DNA from: a virus
Lineage: Duplodnaviria > Caudoviricetes
IMG/VR virus record: IMGVR_UViG_3300034071_002803
Span: 1-58,047 of that record
Direction: 5' to 3' (one strand)
DNA length: 58,047 nucleotides
This document shows positions 27,233-37,900 of this stretch, one piece after another. The notes below the pieces were generated by a model, which did not search any database, had not been told where the DNA came from, and saw only the letters and a list, made by a program, of their open reading frames with translations. The translations under genes and the position numbers were made by a program. Position 1 is the first letter of the stretch. Each line of letters begins with the position of its first letter.

Positions 27233-27471
27233 GTGCATTCACCCCTTCTATGTCGAGATATGGTGTGGCGGCGAAGGTCATACCCCTTCCGGTTTAACCA
27301 CACCTCTATGGTCATTGAATCAATGGTCGCGTCCTCAAAAGCCGCCTTAAGCGCCTTTGCCTCTTCACCTGGCATTACTGATACTACCTTAAAAACTGAG
27401 CAAGTTGCACCAATCTTTTTAGCGCTTTGGATAGACTTAATTTCATCTAAAAGACTGTTAAATTCAGCCAC
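27220..27471 (-). CDS. small partner protein of the phosphoesterase
   Basis: AGGAGG RBS plus GTG; C...TISRHRRGECTC. Confidence 0.7.
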   Translation of the reverse strand: MAEFNSLLDEIKSIQSAKKIGATCSVFKVVSVMPGEEAKALKAAFEDATIDSMTIEVWLNRKGYDLRRHTISRHRRGECTCQK

Positions 27472-27588
27472 AACTCCTCCTTGCTTTAGGGGCATTATAA
27501 CCCATGTACATCAGGTTAGAGCCGTCAATATACTTTTGTCAACAGGTAATCCATAAATTGTGGACATCTATAGCAGAACAGGATTTGG

Positions 27589-27617
27589 TTGCCTTTTTTT
27601 TGCGTTAGATACATAAT
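27589..27617 (+). promoter_or_regulatory. promoter restarting the tail operon (leaderless)
   Basis: TTGCCT-N17-CATAAT, 6 nt before ATG 27624; divergent TATAAT at 27494-27499 (-). Confidence 0.6.
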
Positions 27618-27623
27618 CACTTT

Positions 27624-28022
27624 ATGACGGGACTTTATGAAACATTCTTCTCGACGCTGTCTGGCGACGCCACCCTTCAAGGGCTGCTTGGCGCCTCAGC
27701 AACCGATAAGAAGGTTTATCCCGTTTGGCTGCAGGGAAAAAGCAGCCTACCAGCTATACGGGTAGCGGTTTCTGGTGTGACCAGCGATATTGGTCTGCCG
27801 ATAGATCGACCAGTTGTAGATGTGTACATGGCTAGCGCAATTAGTCCAACACAGTTAAACTCGATCTCTGCGAGAGTAGATTACCTACTTAACCGGAAGA
27901 GGCTATCTGGACCCAACGGATTCGTTATGCATATTTGCTACAAGGTAGTTGAGCAAGATGATTTTGACGAAGCCACTCAAGAATATCGGAGAGTAATCCG
28001 ATACAGCATAATTAGCAAATAG
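27624..28022 (+). CDS. tail terminator protein (DUF3168-like)
   Basis: LSGDATLQGLLG...KVYP...LPAI; precedes the tube genes. Confidence 0.7.
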   Translation: MTGLYETFFSTLSGDATLQGLLGASATDKKVYPVWLQGKSSLPAIRVAVSGVTSDIGLPIDRPVVDVYMASAISPTQLNSISARVDYLLNRKRLSGPNGFVMHICYKVVEQDDFDEATQEYRRVIRYSIISK

Positions 28023-28031
28023 GAGAACCAA

Positions 28032-28658
28032 ATGCTTACACTTGGCTCTGGAATTATCCAGGTCTCGTACTGGAAGTCTGGCGCTGTTAAGGGTACTGGT
28101 ACATCCAGCTACTTTAGCGGCGAGTCCCAGTACACGGGATCTAACCTTGTCACGATCGGCGAGATCGGTGGCGATGTTGAGTTTGACATCAACTTCCAGG
28201 AGCGCGAGTTCCTGGGCCAGTACAACTTCGCGATTGCCAAGGCGTTCTTTGGCGGCAAGGTTGAGGTGCGCGCTCGTCGCGTTGAGCTCAACCTCGCAAA
28301 CCTGAAGAACCTCTTCAATCAGAACAGCACGGCGACCACCCCAGTGGCGGTTGACAATGGCGGAAGCGCCTTTAGCTTTGATGTCACCACTAACGGTGGC
28401 AGCGGGCAGGCAACCACCGGACCTGCTGGTCTTCCGCGACCGCTTTATGTGAAGTTTGTCCACACTCGCTCGGATGATCCGAGCAAGACCGTGACGATTC
28501 ACCTTCCAAAGGCGTACAGCATGGCCCTGACCTATCCATTCACCCGCGAAGACATCGCGGTAATGGACTTGGACTTCAGCGCCATCGTTGACCGAAATTG
28601 CGTAACCACTGGCACGACGACCGCCCCGACTATCGTGGCGATCGAAGCAACCGCGTAA
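28032..28658 (+). CDS. major tail tube protein
   Basis: TLGSG...IGEIGGDVEFD...IHLPKA; synteny. Confidence 0.75.
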   Translation: MLTLGSGIIQVSYWKSGAVKGTGTSSYFSGESQYTGSNLVTIGEIGGDVEFDINFQEREFLGQYNFAIAKAFFGGKVEVRARRVELNLANLKNLFNQNSTATTPVAVDNGGSAFSFDVTTNGGSGQATTGPAGLPRPLYVKFVHTRSDDPSKTVTIHLPKAYSMALTYPFTREDIAVMDLDFSAIVDRNCVTTGTTTAPTIVAIEATA

Positions 28659-28676
28659 TAACAAGGAGACGCGCAC

Positions 28677-29732
28677 ATGTTTACTCTCGGCTCTGGTCGA
28701 CTTTCAGTAGCTAGGTGGTATGAGGGCTCACGAGTTGAAACCCCAGCCACCATCACCGCTGTCGGAACTGGCACTGGTGGATCTAACGCTGCCGGGACGT
28801 ACTATGTGCGCGTCTCCGCTAGAAACGCATACGGCGATGGCACGCCGACTGCCTCAACGGCAGTAACAATTACCTCTGGTCAGGGTATTAAGATTGACTG
28901 GACCGCGCCAGCAAGTGGCGCAACGCCAACACACTATGACATCTATATCGGTACTGTTGCTGGCGAAGAGTCACGGCAGGCTGCTGTTGCTGCCCCGACA
29001 GTAACCTATACCAGGACCACGGCTATTGTTCAGGGTCAAAAGCGCGCAGTTATAACTGGCGTCTCTGGCGACGGCACAACTGTTACATATACTGCTGCCA
29101 ATAATTTTGCAGCCGGGCAGCTGGTAAACATTAGCCAGGTTATTCCTTCGGCATACAACCTTAAGAATGTAACCATTGCAACAGCTTCTACAACTCAGTT
29201 TACTGTTACCAATGCGGCTACTGGAACCTACGAGAGCGGTGGACTTGCCGAAGTTGGTCAGTCTGCCCGGTATGTTGGGCTGATTGACATTGGGGAAATC
29301 GGCGGTGATGTCGAGTACGACATCAACTACCAAGAGCGAGAGTTCCTGGGTCAGTTCAACTTTCCAATCTCCAAGCAGTTCTTCGGCGGCAAGTCAGAAA
29401 TCCGCGTTCGCCGTATTGAAATGGACATTCTAAATCTTGAGCTTGTTCAGCAGGGTGGATACCAGTACGATGCAGCAAATGCAAAGCACAGCCTTGATCC
29501 GCTCCCAAATAATGGCCTCTTGCGAAAGGGTCAACCGCTTTATGTTCAGCTTACACATACCAGAAGTGACGACACAAGCAAAACAGTAACCATCACTTCT
29601 CCAAAAGCCTATCTCATCAACTTCACTATTCCGTTCACGCGAGAGGATATTGCCGTGATGGACTTTGACTTTATGTTGACGTATGATAGCACTAAGCCCA
29701 GCGGCCAGTTGGTGCTAATTAGTGGTAGCTAA
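28677..29732 (+). CDS. second tail tube paralogue with inserted FN3/Ig-like and beta-barrel domains
   Basis: shares TLGSG, IGEIGGDVE.DIN.QEREFLGQ.NF, HTRSDD.SKTVTI and PFTREDIAVMD.DF with 28032-28658. Confidence 0.8.
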   Translation: MFTLGSGRLSVARWYEGSRVETPATITAVGTGTGGSNAAGTYYVRVSARNAYGDGTPTASTAVTITSGQGIKIDWTAPASGATPTHYDIYIGTVAGEESRQAAVAAPTVTYTRTTAIVQGQKRAVITGVSGDGTTVTYTAANNFAAGQLVNISQVIPSAYNLKNVTIATASTTQFTVTNAATGTYESGGLAEVGQSARYVGLIDIGEIGGDVEYDINYQEREFLGQFNFPISKQFFGGKSEIRVRRIEMDILNLELVQQGGYQYDAANAKHSLDPLPNNGLLRKGQPLYVQLTHTRSDDTSKTVTITSPKAYLINFTIPFTREDIAVMDFDFMLTYDSTKPSGQLVLISGS

Positions 29733-29742
29733 GGAGTAGAAA

Positions 29743-30045
29743 ATGAGCGAGGGAAAGAATCCGGGGGCTCTGAGCGTGGCCCGTTCAAAGAACGCCCTTA
29801 ACCTGAACGATCTTGCCGATCTCCAGGACCGATACGGTTCTTTGGACAAGATCGATCTGACCAACTTCTCGGTTGTTCGGTTTGTGCTTTGGCTAATCAT
29901 CCGAAAGGAAGAGCCAGAGGTTACCGAGCGCGAGGTTGGTGAGCGCTTTGACATGCAGACAATGCAGTCTGAAATGACCAAGGTACTTGCCCGCAGCGGT
30001 TTGATCAGCGAGGACCAGGCAGAGGGAAAAGCGGTAGCGGAGTAA
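29743..30045 (+). CDS. tail assembly chaperone (gpG-like)
   Basis: lies between tube and TMP; slippery heptamer near its 3' end. Confidence 0.8.
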   Translation: MSEGKNPGALSVARSKNALNLNDLADLQDRYGSLDKIDLTNFSVVRFVLWLIIRKEEPEVTEREVGERFDMQTMQSEMTKVLARSGLISEDQAEGKAVAE

Positions 30046-30314
30046 GCAGTTGGTCTGAAACGGACTGGGGTGTGCTCATGGGCTCATATGCAGAAGCCTT
30101 TGGGTACACACCAGATCAGTTTTACCAATTGACTCTTCCGCAAATCGCAGCGTTTGGACGGTACATAGAAGAGAGAGATAAGGAACTGGACTCAGCAAAG
30201 AGTTCTTCGCCAAGTCGAAAGTCCAAATCCGAAAAGCCTGTGTCCTCGGTAGAAAACCTGGTTGCAGTTTTTGGTGACGACGAGACAAAGCGAAGGTTGC
30301 TGAGCGATGGCTGA
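30024..30314 (+). CDS. -1 frameshift extension of the tail chaperone (gpGT-like)
   Basis: G GGA AAA at 30024-30030 in the correct phase; the -1 frame is open to 30314 (FGYTPDQFYQLTLPQ). Confidence 0.8.
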   Translation, partial: GKSGSGVSSWSETDWGVLMGSYAEAFGYTPDQFYQLTLPQIAAFGRYIEERDKELDSAKSSSPSRKSKSEKPVSSVENLVAVFGDDETKRRLLSDG

Positions 30315-33300
30315 AAATACCGAACAGCTAAAAATACAGGTACAGGTTACTGGTGCAGACCAGGCTGCGCAGCAGCTTAACGCACTAAGCCTTGCCGCAC
30401 GCGATTTCGGTAGAAAGCTTGGCGGATTCAACACTGGGGCGACATCGTTCCAGGCTAACATGCAGGGAATCGAGCAGTCGTCTGCTCGCGCATCACGGGC
30501 AGCCCAACAGCTTGGTGGCGTTCTCGGGACGCTTGGTGACCAGTTCCGGCTTGCGGCAGCAATCACATTTACGCAAGCAATCGGTTCACAGCTTGCATCT
30601 GGGCTTGGTGTTATTCGCTCTGGAATCATCAGCTTCAACGCCATCCTGGAAACAGCACAGGTCGGACTTGGAACTCTTATTAGGAATCGAGCTGAGCTTG
30701 ATGCCTATGCTGCAGCAAACATTGAAATTGCTAGGACAAGCGCGGATGCCGCCGAGGCGGAGAAAATTCGCGCAAAAACAACAAAAGAATATGCGGTAAG
30801 CCAGCAAGAAGCTAACAACATGGCCCAGCAGCAAGTTGAGCTGCTTCGCCAGTTTGCAAACGTAACTCCGTTCTACTTTACTGGTCTAACCAAGACCGCA
30901 GTCATGATGCAGGCATTCGGCTTCCGCATGGAAGAAATCCTGCAGAAAGACTCAATGGGCAATTTCCAGGGCGCACTTGTTGCGATTGGAGATGCTGTAG
31001 CGGCGCTTGGCGGTGGCGACGAAACAATTACAAGAATCGCCTACGCACTTGGGCAAATGAAGTCGGCTGGTCGCGTATACCAAAACGACATGATGCAGCT
31101 GGCGAACGCTGGTATTGCTGGATATCAAATCCTCGGCAAGGCGCTCATGGACGACCTAGAAAAGGCTGGTCAGACAAGTAGCGCGCTTTACAAGAGTCTT
31201 GTTGAGAATCCAGTGGAAGTAATTCGCGACCTTGCAAAGAGGGGCAAGCTAAGCGGAGAGGCAGCTGCAGAGGCAATTCTTGCTGGCTTGAATGAGCGCT
31301 ATGGCGGGGGCATGAAGCGCTTCCAGAAGACATTCCAAGCCTCGCTGTCAACATTGAGCGACACAACTCAATCACTTGTTGCCGTTGCGTTCAAGCCACT
31401 CTTCTACTATGTAAGAGACTCGATGGTAAATCTTGCCATGGAGCTCCAGAAGCCACAGGTCATGGAGGCTGCAAAGCAGTTTATGACCATGGCAGACGCA
31501 TTGGTTGGCATACTAAAAATGCTTGCGCCAATCATCAAAGAGGTTGCCCTTGCTATTTCTGGAAGGCTAAATGTAGCAATCCTTAACCTTAACCTTGACT
31601 CAATGACTGGCAAGGCAAACCAGCTGCTTTCGTTTATAAAGATACTTGGCGCGTCACTGCAAACAGTTGTTGAGTTCCTTGGAAGTAAGTTTGGACAAAG
31701 CATCACAATGGCTGGTGCTGGAATTGCGCTGTTCCTGAAGTTCCTATCTGCAAACCCAGTTATCAACTTTATTGTTGGCGTTGCATCCGCAATCGGTATT
31801 TTGCGCAAGGCCTACGACGAAAACCTATTTGGTCTTCGCGATACGCTCATGCCGCTTATCGACATGCTTACAAACCAAAGCGCAGAGCTTGGCAAAAACA
31901 TTCAAATCCTTGCCCAGGCATTCCTTACTGCATTCTCTGAAACAATTGTTAATGTTGTTGTAACGCTTGGAAATGCTCTTGGTGGTCTGTTTAACATCTT
32001 GAGCGGTATAGCAAAGATTTTCGCCCCTTCGAGCACGGCAGCTGAGGCATTCGGCAAGGTTCTCGGCACAATCGTTGCCCTCATGATCACTAAGAAGATT
32101 GTTATTGATGGATTTGCCGCAAGCCTTTCTAGGGCTGCCTTGGCTGCAAGAAGCCTTGGGGCTGGCGCCGGTCAGGGTCTTGTTTCGCAGCTTGGTGGAT
32201 ACTTCAACATCCAAAGACCAAAGGACCTGATCAACCCGCAGGCAATGACAAAGGCTCAGGCAAAGCAGTACATTGCCATGAGCCCGCAGCAGCAAGCCCG
32301 AGTCCGATCACTCAACGATTCATACCGTGCGCTTAACGGAACGCTTGGAAAGACAGTAAGCGCACTTGGCGGGGTTGGCGCCGGAATGCTTGGGCTTGGC
32401 GTCGCAATCTCTATGGTCAACCCGCAAATGGGCGGAATGGTAATTGCCATTGGCGCGGTCTTGACAATAATCCCAATGATTGTTCAAGGGCTTGTTGCGC
32501 TTCGAGCCGCTATCGCTGCGTCTGGGGCAAGCCTCACTGCATTCCTTGCAACGCCAGCAGGTCTTGCGCTTATTGCAATTGGCGCCCTTACGGCTGGTGT
32601 TGCAATCTTTGCAATGTCGCAAAGGGATGCAACTGAGCAAACTAGAAACCTTAACGAGCAGCTAGAGAATCAATATAAGGCTGCCGGAGAGCTCGTAAAG
32701 ACCTATGACGCTCTTACCGAAACCGCATATAGGTTCATGTTTTACACGAACCCAACAGATCTATGGGACATTTCTGCAGTTCGCGCCTTTAATGATGCAC
32801 TTCCGCTTAATAGCATGGAGCGCATTAACGAGGAGTTCTCGCACTTTATTAGTGAAATTGAGGGCATTAGCTGGACGCAGGGAATTAAGGATGCATTTGT
32901 TGGCTGGGGTGAAGACATTGGTCTTGCTCTTCAGAACCTATCCGCAATGGGGACTGAGCTACAGACTGCAATAACACTTCAAGAGCAGCTAAACGACGAT
33001 GTTGAGCAATTTGCAAGACTGCAAGAGCTGCAAAAGCTCATGCTTGCAACTGGGATGTCTGCCGATCAAATCTTGCCGCTTGGCATTGAGGAGATTAGAA
33101 AGCTTGTTGCCGCTGCAAACCCAGATCTTGACAGCAATCAGTGGCTTGAAATTGCAAGAAAGATTGACTCACTTAACGATAGTCTTTCTGAAAATGAGAT
33201 GGCGTGGCTTCGTGCCTCTATTGCGGTTGATCCATATCTTAAGAATATTGCCGAGCTGGTTGGATTGGATGTTCAATCGTCTATTGACTATCTGACATCT

Positions 33301-34917
33301 GTTGCAAAGCTCAACCAAAGGATTGCAGATCTTTATGACCAGCAGCAGCAGGATTTGGCTCAAGCTGCATATGAAAGAAAGCTAAAGCTTCTTACTGCTG
33401 CACTTGACGAAGCCACAGACGCTGCAGATCAGGCAAGAAGGGCCTTTGAAAAGCTATTTGATCAATTCAAGTTCTTCTATGACCAGCTTGTCATGCAGCT
33501 GCAAATGGTCCTGCAGGACAAGTTTGCTGCGCAGGTAGAAGCTCTAAAAAAGCAGGCTGAAGAGGCAATCCGCGCCATCCAGGTCCTTAATGAAGGGAAC
33601 CTGACAACCGTTGGCGCGCTAAGGGATCAGCTTGCGGTCATGAAGGAAATAATTGATGACCGGGAGCGAATGAACCAACTTCAAGAGGCGTCTCTTGCAA
33701 TGGAGCGCGCACAGCTTGGTCTTTACGACGCAAGCAAGGACCCATTTGAGGCAGCTATTGCAATTCGAGAAGCCGCCGCAAACAAGCAGAAGGCGCAAGA
33801 GCAATACACCATTGCAACCATGGAGGACACACTCCAGGGGGCTGAGGCGCAAATTGCTGCAATACAGGCGAAATACGACACCCTGCTCAAGCAGCTCCAG
33901 AATGATCAAGCCCTTTTGTCGAATCAGTTTAACAGCTATTTCTCTGACTATCTTGACTTTATCCAGGCGATTGCCGACGGAGAGCTGACGGTAAAGGAGG
34001 CAAATGCCAAATTCCTTGAACGATACGGCGTTGCCAATGTCTTTGGAAAAACCGAAGCAGAAAAGGCACTCGGCTGGGACAACCTCCTTGCGGGGGCAAG
34101 CAAGCTATTTGGAATTGATATTGGTCAACTTACAAGCCTTGAGCAAAATCTAAATAACTTTGGCAGCAACTTTGGCAATGCGTTCAAAGATAACGCGATT
34201 GGCCTCGCAAACTGGCTAAGGACTAAGTGGCCCGGCTTGATGAAGGCGGCGATAACCGCTGCGGCAACATCAATTGAGGTTGAGACGGCTCAGGCCGCTC
34301 TGAATGCCCTTAAGCCGCCGACGCCAAAGAAGGCTGGCCCAACCGAGCTAGACGAGTATCAGCAATCTATCATTGTTAAAAACTGGAACGACTCGATGAT
34401 CGGCATGATTTCGCAGCTCAGGGACAAGCTTACCAAGCTGGGTAAAAATGGCGGTCTTTACTACTCCCAGATGATGGGTTATTTGACCAATACATTTAAG
34501 CTTGCAAACGGCGCTATTAAGAGCCGACCGCAAGATGCAACAAAATTCAATCAATACATGCAGGGTATCTGGGGCACTCTAAAGGGTCAGGCGGAAACTC
34601 TTTATACAAGATTTAGCGGCGGCGTACAGCCGTGGGGTTATCGCGGCGCCAGGGCGCAAGGCGGAATGGTTGGAACTGGCGGCTCTTATCTTGTTGGCGA
34701 AAAGGGACCAGAGCTATTTATGCCATATCAGCGTGGTATGATTATCCCACACACTGTTACATCAGCGTTGATGAAGACAATCGGAACCAACAGGAGCATG
34801 GCTACTGTTATCAACATTAATAACCCAGTTGTCCGAGATGACAGGGACATCAGAAAGATGGCTGAAAGGGTCTCTGCCGCTCAGGTCAGCGTGCTTCGTT
34901 CCTACGGGAGGCGCTAA
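30307..34917 (+). CDS. tape measure protein
   Basis: 1536 aa; tape-measure N-domain (FANVTPF...ALGQMKSAGRV...QLANAGI), hydrophobic helices, C-terminal RAQGG.V..G.SYLVGEKGPELF. Confidence 0.93.
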   Translation: MAENTEQLKIQVQVTGADQAAQQLNALSLAARDFGRKLGGFNTGATSFQANMQGIEQSSARASRAAQQLGGVLGTLGDQFRLAAAITFTQAIGSQLASGLGVIRSGIISFNAILETAQVGLGTLIRNRAELDAYAAANIEIARTSADAAEAEKIRAKTTKEYAVSQQEANNMAQQQVELLRQFANVTPFYFTGLTKTAVMMQAFGFRMEEILQKDSMGNFQGALVAIGDAVAALGGGDETITRIAYALGQMKSAGRVYQNDMMQLANAGIAGYQILGKALMDDLEKAGQTSSALYKSLVENPVEVIRDLAKRGKLSGEAAAEAILAGLNERYGGGMKRFQKTFQASLSTLSDTTQSLVAVAFKPLFYYVRDSMVNLAMELQKPQVMEAAKQFMTMADALVGILKMLAPIIKEVALAISGRLNVAILNLNLDSMTGKANQLLSFIKILGASLQTVVEFLGSKFGQSITMAGAGIALFLKFLSANPVINFIVGVASAIGILRKAYDENLFGLRDTLMPLIDMLTNQSAELGKNIQILAQAFLTAFSETIVNVVVTLGNALGGLFNILSGIAKIFAPSSTAAEAFGKVLGTIVALMITKKIVIDGFAASLSRAALAARSLGAGAGQGLVSQLGGYFNIQRPKDLINPQAMTKAQAKQYIAMSPQQQARVRSLNDSYRALNGTLGKTVSALGGVGAGMLGLGVAISMVNPQMGGMVIAIGAVLTIIPMIVQGLVALRAAIAASGASLTAFLATPAGLALIAIGALTAGVAIFAMSQRDATEQTRNLNEQLENQYKAAGELVKTYDALTETAYRFMFYTNPTDLWDISAVRAFNDALPLNSMERINEEFSHFISEIEGISWTQGIKDAFVGWGEDIGLALQNLSAMGTELQTAITLQEQLNDDVEQFARLQELQKLMLATGMSADQILPLGIEEIRKLVAAANPDLDSNQWLEIARKIDSLNDSLSENEMAWLRASIAVDPYLKNIAELVGLDVQSSIDYLTSVAKLNQRIADLYDQQQQDLAQAAYERKLKLLTAALDEATDAADQARRAFEKLFDQFKFFYDQLVMQLQMVLQDKFAAQVEALKKQAEEAIRAIQVLNEGNLTTVGALRDQLAVMKEIIDDRERMNQLQEASLAMERAQLGLYDASKDPFEAAIAIREAAANKQKAQEQYTIATMEDTLQGAEAQIAAIQAKYDTLLKQLQNDQALLSNQFNSYFSDYLDFIQAIADGELTVKEANAKFLERYGVANVFGKTEAEKALGWDNLLAGASKLFGIDIGQLTSLEQNLNNFGSNFGNAFKDNAIGLANWLRTKWPGLMKAAITAAATSIEVETAQAALNALKPPTPKKAGPTELDEYQQSIIVKNWNDSMIGMISQLRDKLTKLGKNGGLYYSQMMGYLTNTFKLANGAIKSRPQDATKFNQYMQGIWGTLKGQAETLYTRFSGGVQPWGYRGARAQGGMVGTGGSYLVGEKGPELFMPYQRGMIIPHTVTSALMKTIGTNRSMATVININNPVVRDDRDIRKMAERVSAAQVSVLRSYGRR

Positions 34918-37900
34918 ATGAATAACCAGGTTCGAGTTTACATGCAGCTGCGGGTTGACGGCGCCGATCCGCTATGGATTGATATTAGCAGCCGTTGTGA
35001 GTACGACACAATGGAGTGGGAAAAGAACGACCAGGGCACAGCCGCAATATTGCGGATTAACATGTTTACTATGCTCCCAAAGTCCACCACGCTTTGGTCT
35101 GGATATGCTGGAGCGACAAACACAGAAAAGCTCCAGGCAGCGATAAACGATGACAAGTTTATTATCCCATTCACTGACCACGCAGAAATTCAAGTCCGTG
35201 ACGCGAGCACAAGCCCGCAATCAATTCTATTTAGCGGCATTATTACAAGACATGAATCTGTCAAGGATGGCGGGTATATAGCGCACTCTATTGAGGCAGC
35301 CGACTACACGGAGCTGCTCTCAGAGTCAGTCGTTCAGTATTACTACCCACCGGTTGATAGCACAATCCAGCAGATACTTACTGCGAACGACACGGTATTC
35401 ACGGTGACCACAAAGAAGAAGACATCTAATGTTGTCACCCTGACGCTTAGCTCGCTAACAATTGATAGCCCATACAGCAGAACGCTTGAAGAAAGCGACT
35501 ATATATATGTCGCTCTTGACGATGTTAAGTTTGATGGCTACTGGAGGATCTCTGGAGTAGAGCCATCAACTAACAAGATAACCTACGCGATGAGCGGCGA
35601 CGATGTCGCGCAGTCAACGATTAGCAAGTCCGCTCGTGTACTTTCAATATTTGGCTCAACCGCAACGCCGCGAACCGATTCAAGGATAGTGAGAACATCA
35701 AGCTACATTGAAAACATAAATCCCAACTTCCTCATCAGGAAGAGGCTGTCAGACAGCTCAGTTGATCCAATTTTCTTTGGCGGCAGAACTATTCGTCAAG
35801 CAATTGACTCTATGATTAACCGCACTGGCGGGACCTACTGGATTGACTCTGGCGCACTTGATCCAGCAAGCTCGGAAACTGGCGTAATCACCATGACTAT
35901 GAACCTCCATCTTGGCGATACCAACCCAAAAAATTGGGCTGATTCTGATGACAGCGTGTTCTCTATCATGTCAAGAACCAGGGTAAATGACCTCGTAACG
36001 CTCAAGCTGGATAGCATTGCACTTGGAAGGCCGTACTCAAGGAACCTTCAGGCTGGGGATGTCGTAACCGTATTGACCGGAACGGACGACATGGACGGTT
36101 CAAAAACCATTACGGCGATAAGCTCAACCAACAACACTATTAGCTATACCTCTGCCGGGACAAATATTGCCTCCAACACGGTCTCAATAACTGGGGCAAC
36201 TTTTAACTCTGGGGCCGCAACAACGACATATACGGCAAAGCACTCATTCTCCCTTGGTCAGATTGTAACCATAACTGGAATTTCACCAAGCGGATACAAC
36301 AAAACATCTCAAGCAATTACCGCATATACGGACACAACCTTTACTGTTGGCGTGGTGAGCAGCGGGACCTACGTTTCTGGCGGAACTGCCACGCATGACG
36401 GCTACTCAATTACGGCAGTTTCTGGAACAGGTAGCTTTGCGACATATACATCATCAAACTCCCTGAAGGAAGGGGACTACATTTCCATTACTGGCGTAAC
36501 GCCGTCTGGGTACAACTCCACCCTTGTTCGTGTCTATTCAGCAAGCACGACTTCATTTGTTACAAGGAATGTAACCACTGGGTCTGCAACCGTAAGCTCG
36601 GCTAAGGCACTTGTTCTTGCCGAGGAGAACGGCGGTCAGGTAACCGTTCAGGGCATGAGCGGTATCTTTGATCGGGGTAATACCGCCGGATATTCGTTTG
36701 GAACATACACACTTGAGCCCAGCACGGGTCCTTATGGTGCGGGATACAGCGCAAAGACTCTAGCTGGTGGGAGTGGGCCGTACCTTCTTACGCTATCAGC
36801 CGCTGGATATGTACCAGTCGTAGCTGGCGAAAAGTGGTTTCATTCTGTTAGGGCTAAGTCTAGCGCCAGCCAAAAGGCTCATCTGTATGTCAATTATTAC
36901 AACAGCTCAAAGGCGCTTATCTCAACAGTCCAGCTTGCAGACCACATTGCTGGGGGCGACAACTGGGAACTTCTTTATGATGTCCATACTGTTCCTGCTG
37001 GTATTGCATACCTAGCACCAGTAGCCTATACGGACACTGGTAGCCATACCGCCTACTACACAGATTTTAAGTCCATCAAGATTACTGCTGCGTTTGGATT
37101 CCACGAATACCCATCTCCATCTGGAACAACCCGTGCAGACCGACCATCTGGAACGACGCTTGACATAGACACCTACGACTTTGAGCTCCCAGACGCCCCA
37201 AAAGAGTCTGGGGACTCCGCGAACACCCTATACCTGTACACAACGCAAACAATTAGCACAGCCGGTCAAGGCGGATTGATTGCAAAGAACACAAAAAGCA
37301 CATATACATCAGTTCAGGGTATTTGGGACGCTGGTGGAAAAATCATTGAGGCAGCCATGGCTGACGAGCGCGCCGCAACTCTTGATCTTGCCGACATCAA
37401 GGCAAGGGAGTATTTTGCTGGACTTGGTCAGACTATTGAGTCGTATACATTTGATCATGAGCAGGGCTCCCTGGAAATTGGCGCAACCGTCCCGTTCTTC
37501 TGGGAGACGAATGGTGTCGCCAAGGCGCTAATTGTCAGGTCGCAGAAGGGGTATTTGATTGGTCAAGATGTTTATTACAATGTCCAGCTTGGCGGAGACC
37601 CGAAGTTCCAAAAGAACTCTATCTACCTCATTGATCGTCAGATTCTCCAGTCCACTGACGAGACGGCAACAACGAACCCAAGCACTGACCCTGGCGTAAC
37701 GGACCCAGGAGAAGGCGGGAAGAGCGGAAACCTTGAGGTGCCAACTGATGTAGTTGCCGTCCTTAAGCCCGGAGCTTCAATAGAGGTCACATGGGCATAC
37801 TCAGATGAAATCATTTCCTTTACAAACTTTGGCGGATTTAGGGTTCGATGGAAGAGTAAGAACGACCCTGCGATAGGTGGAACCGTAATAGAAGACGTCA

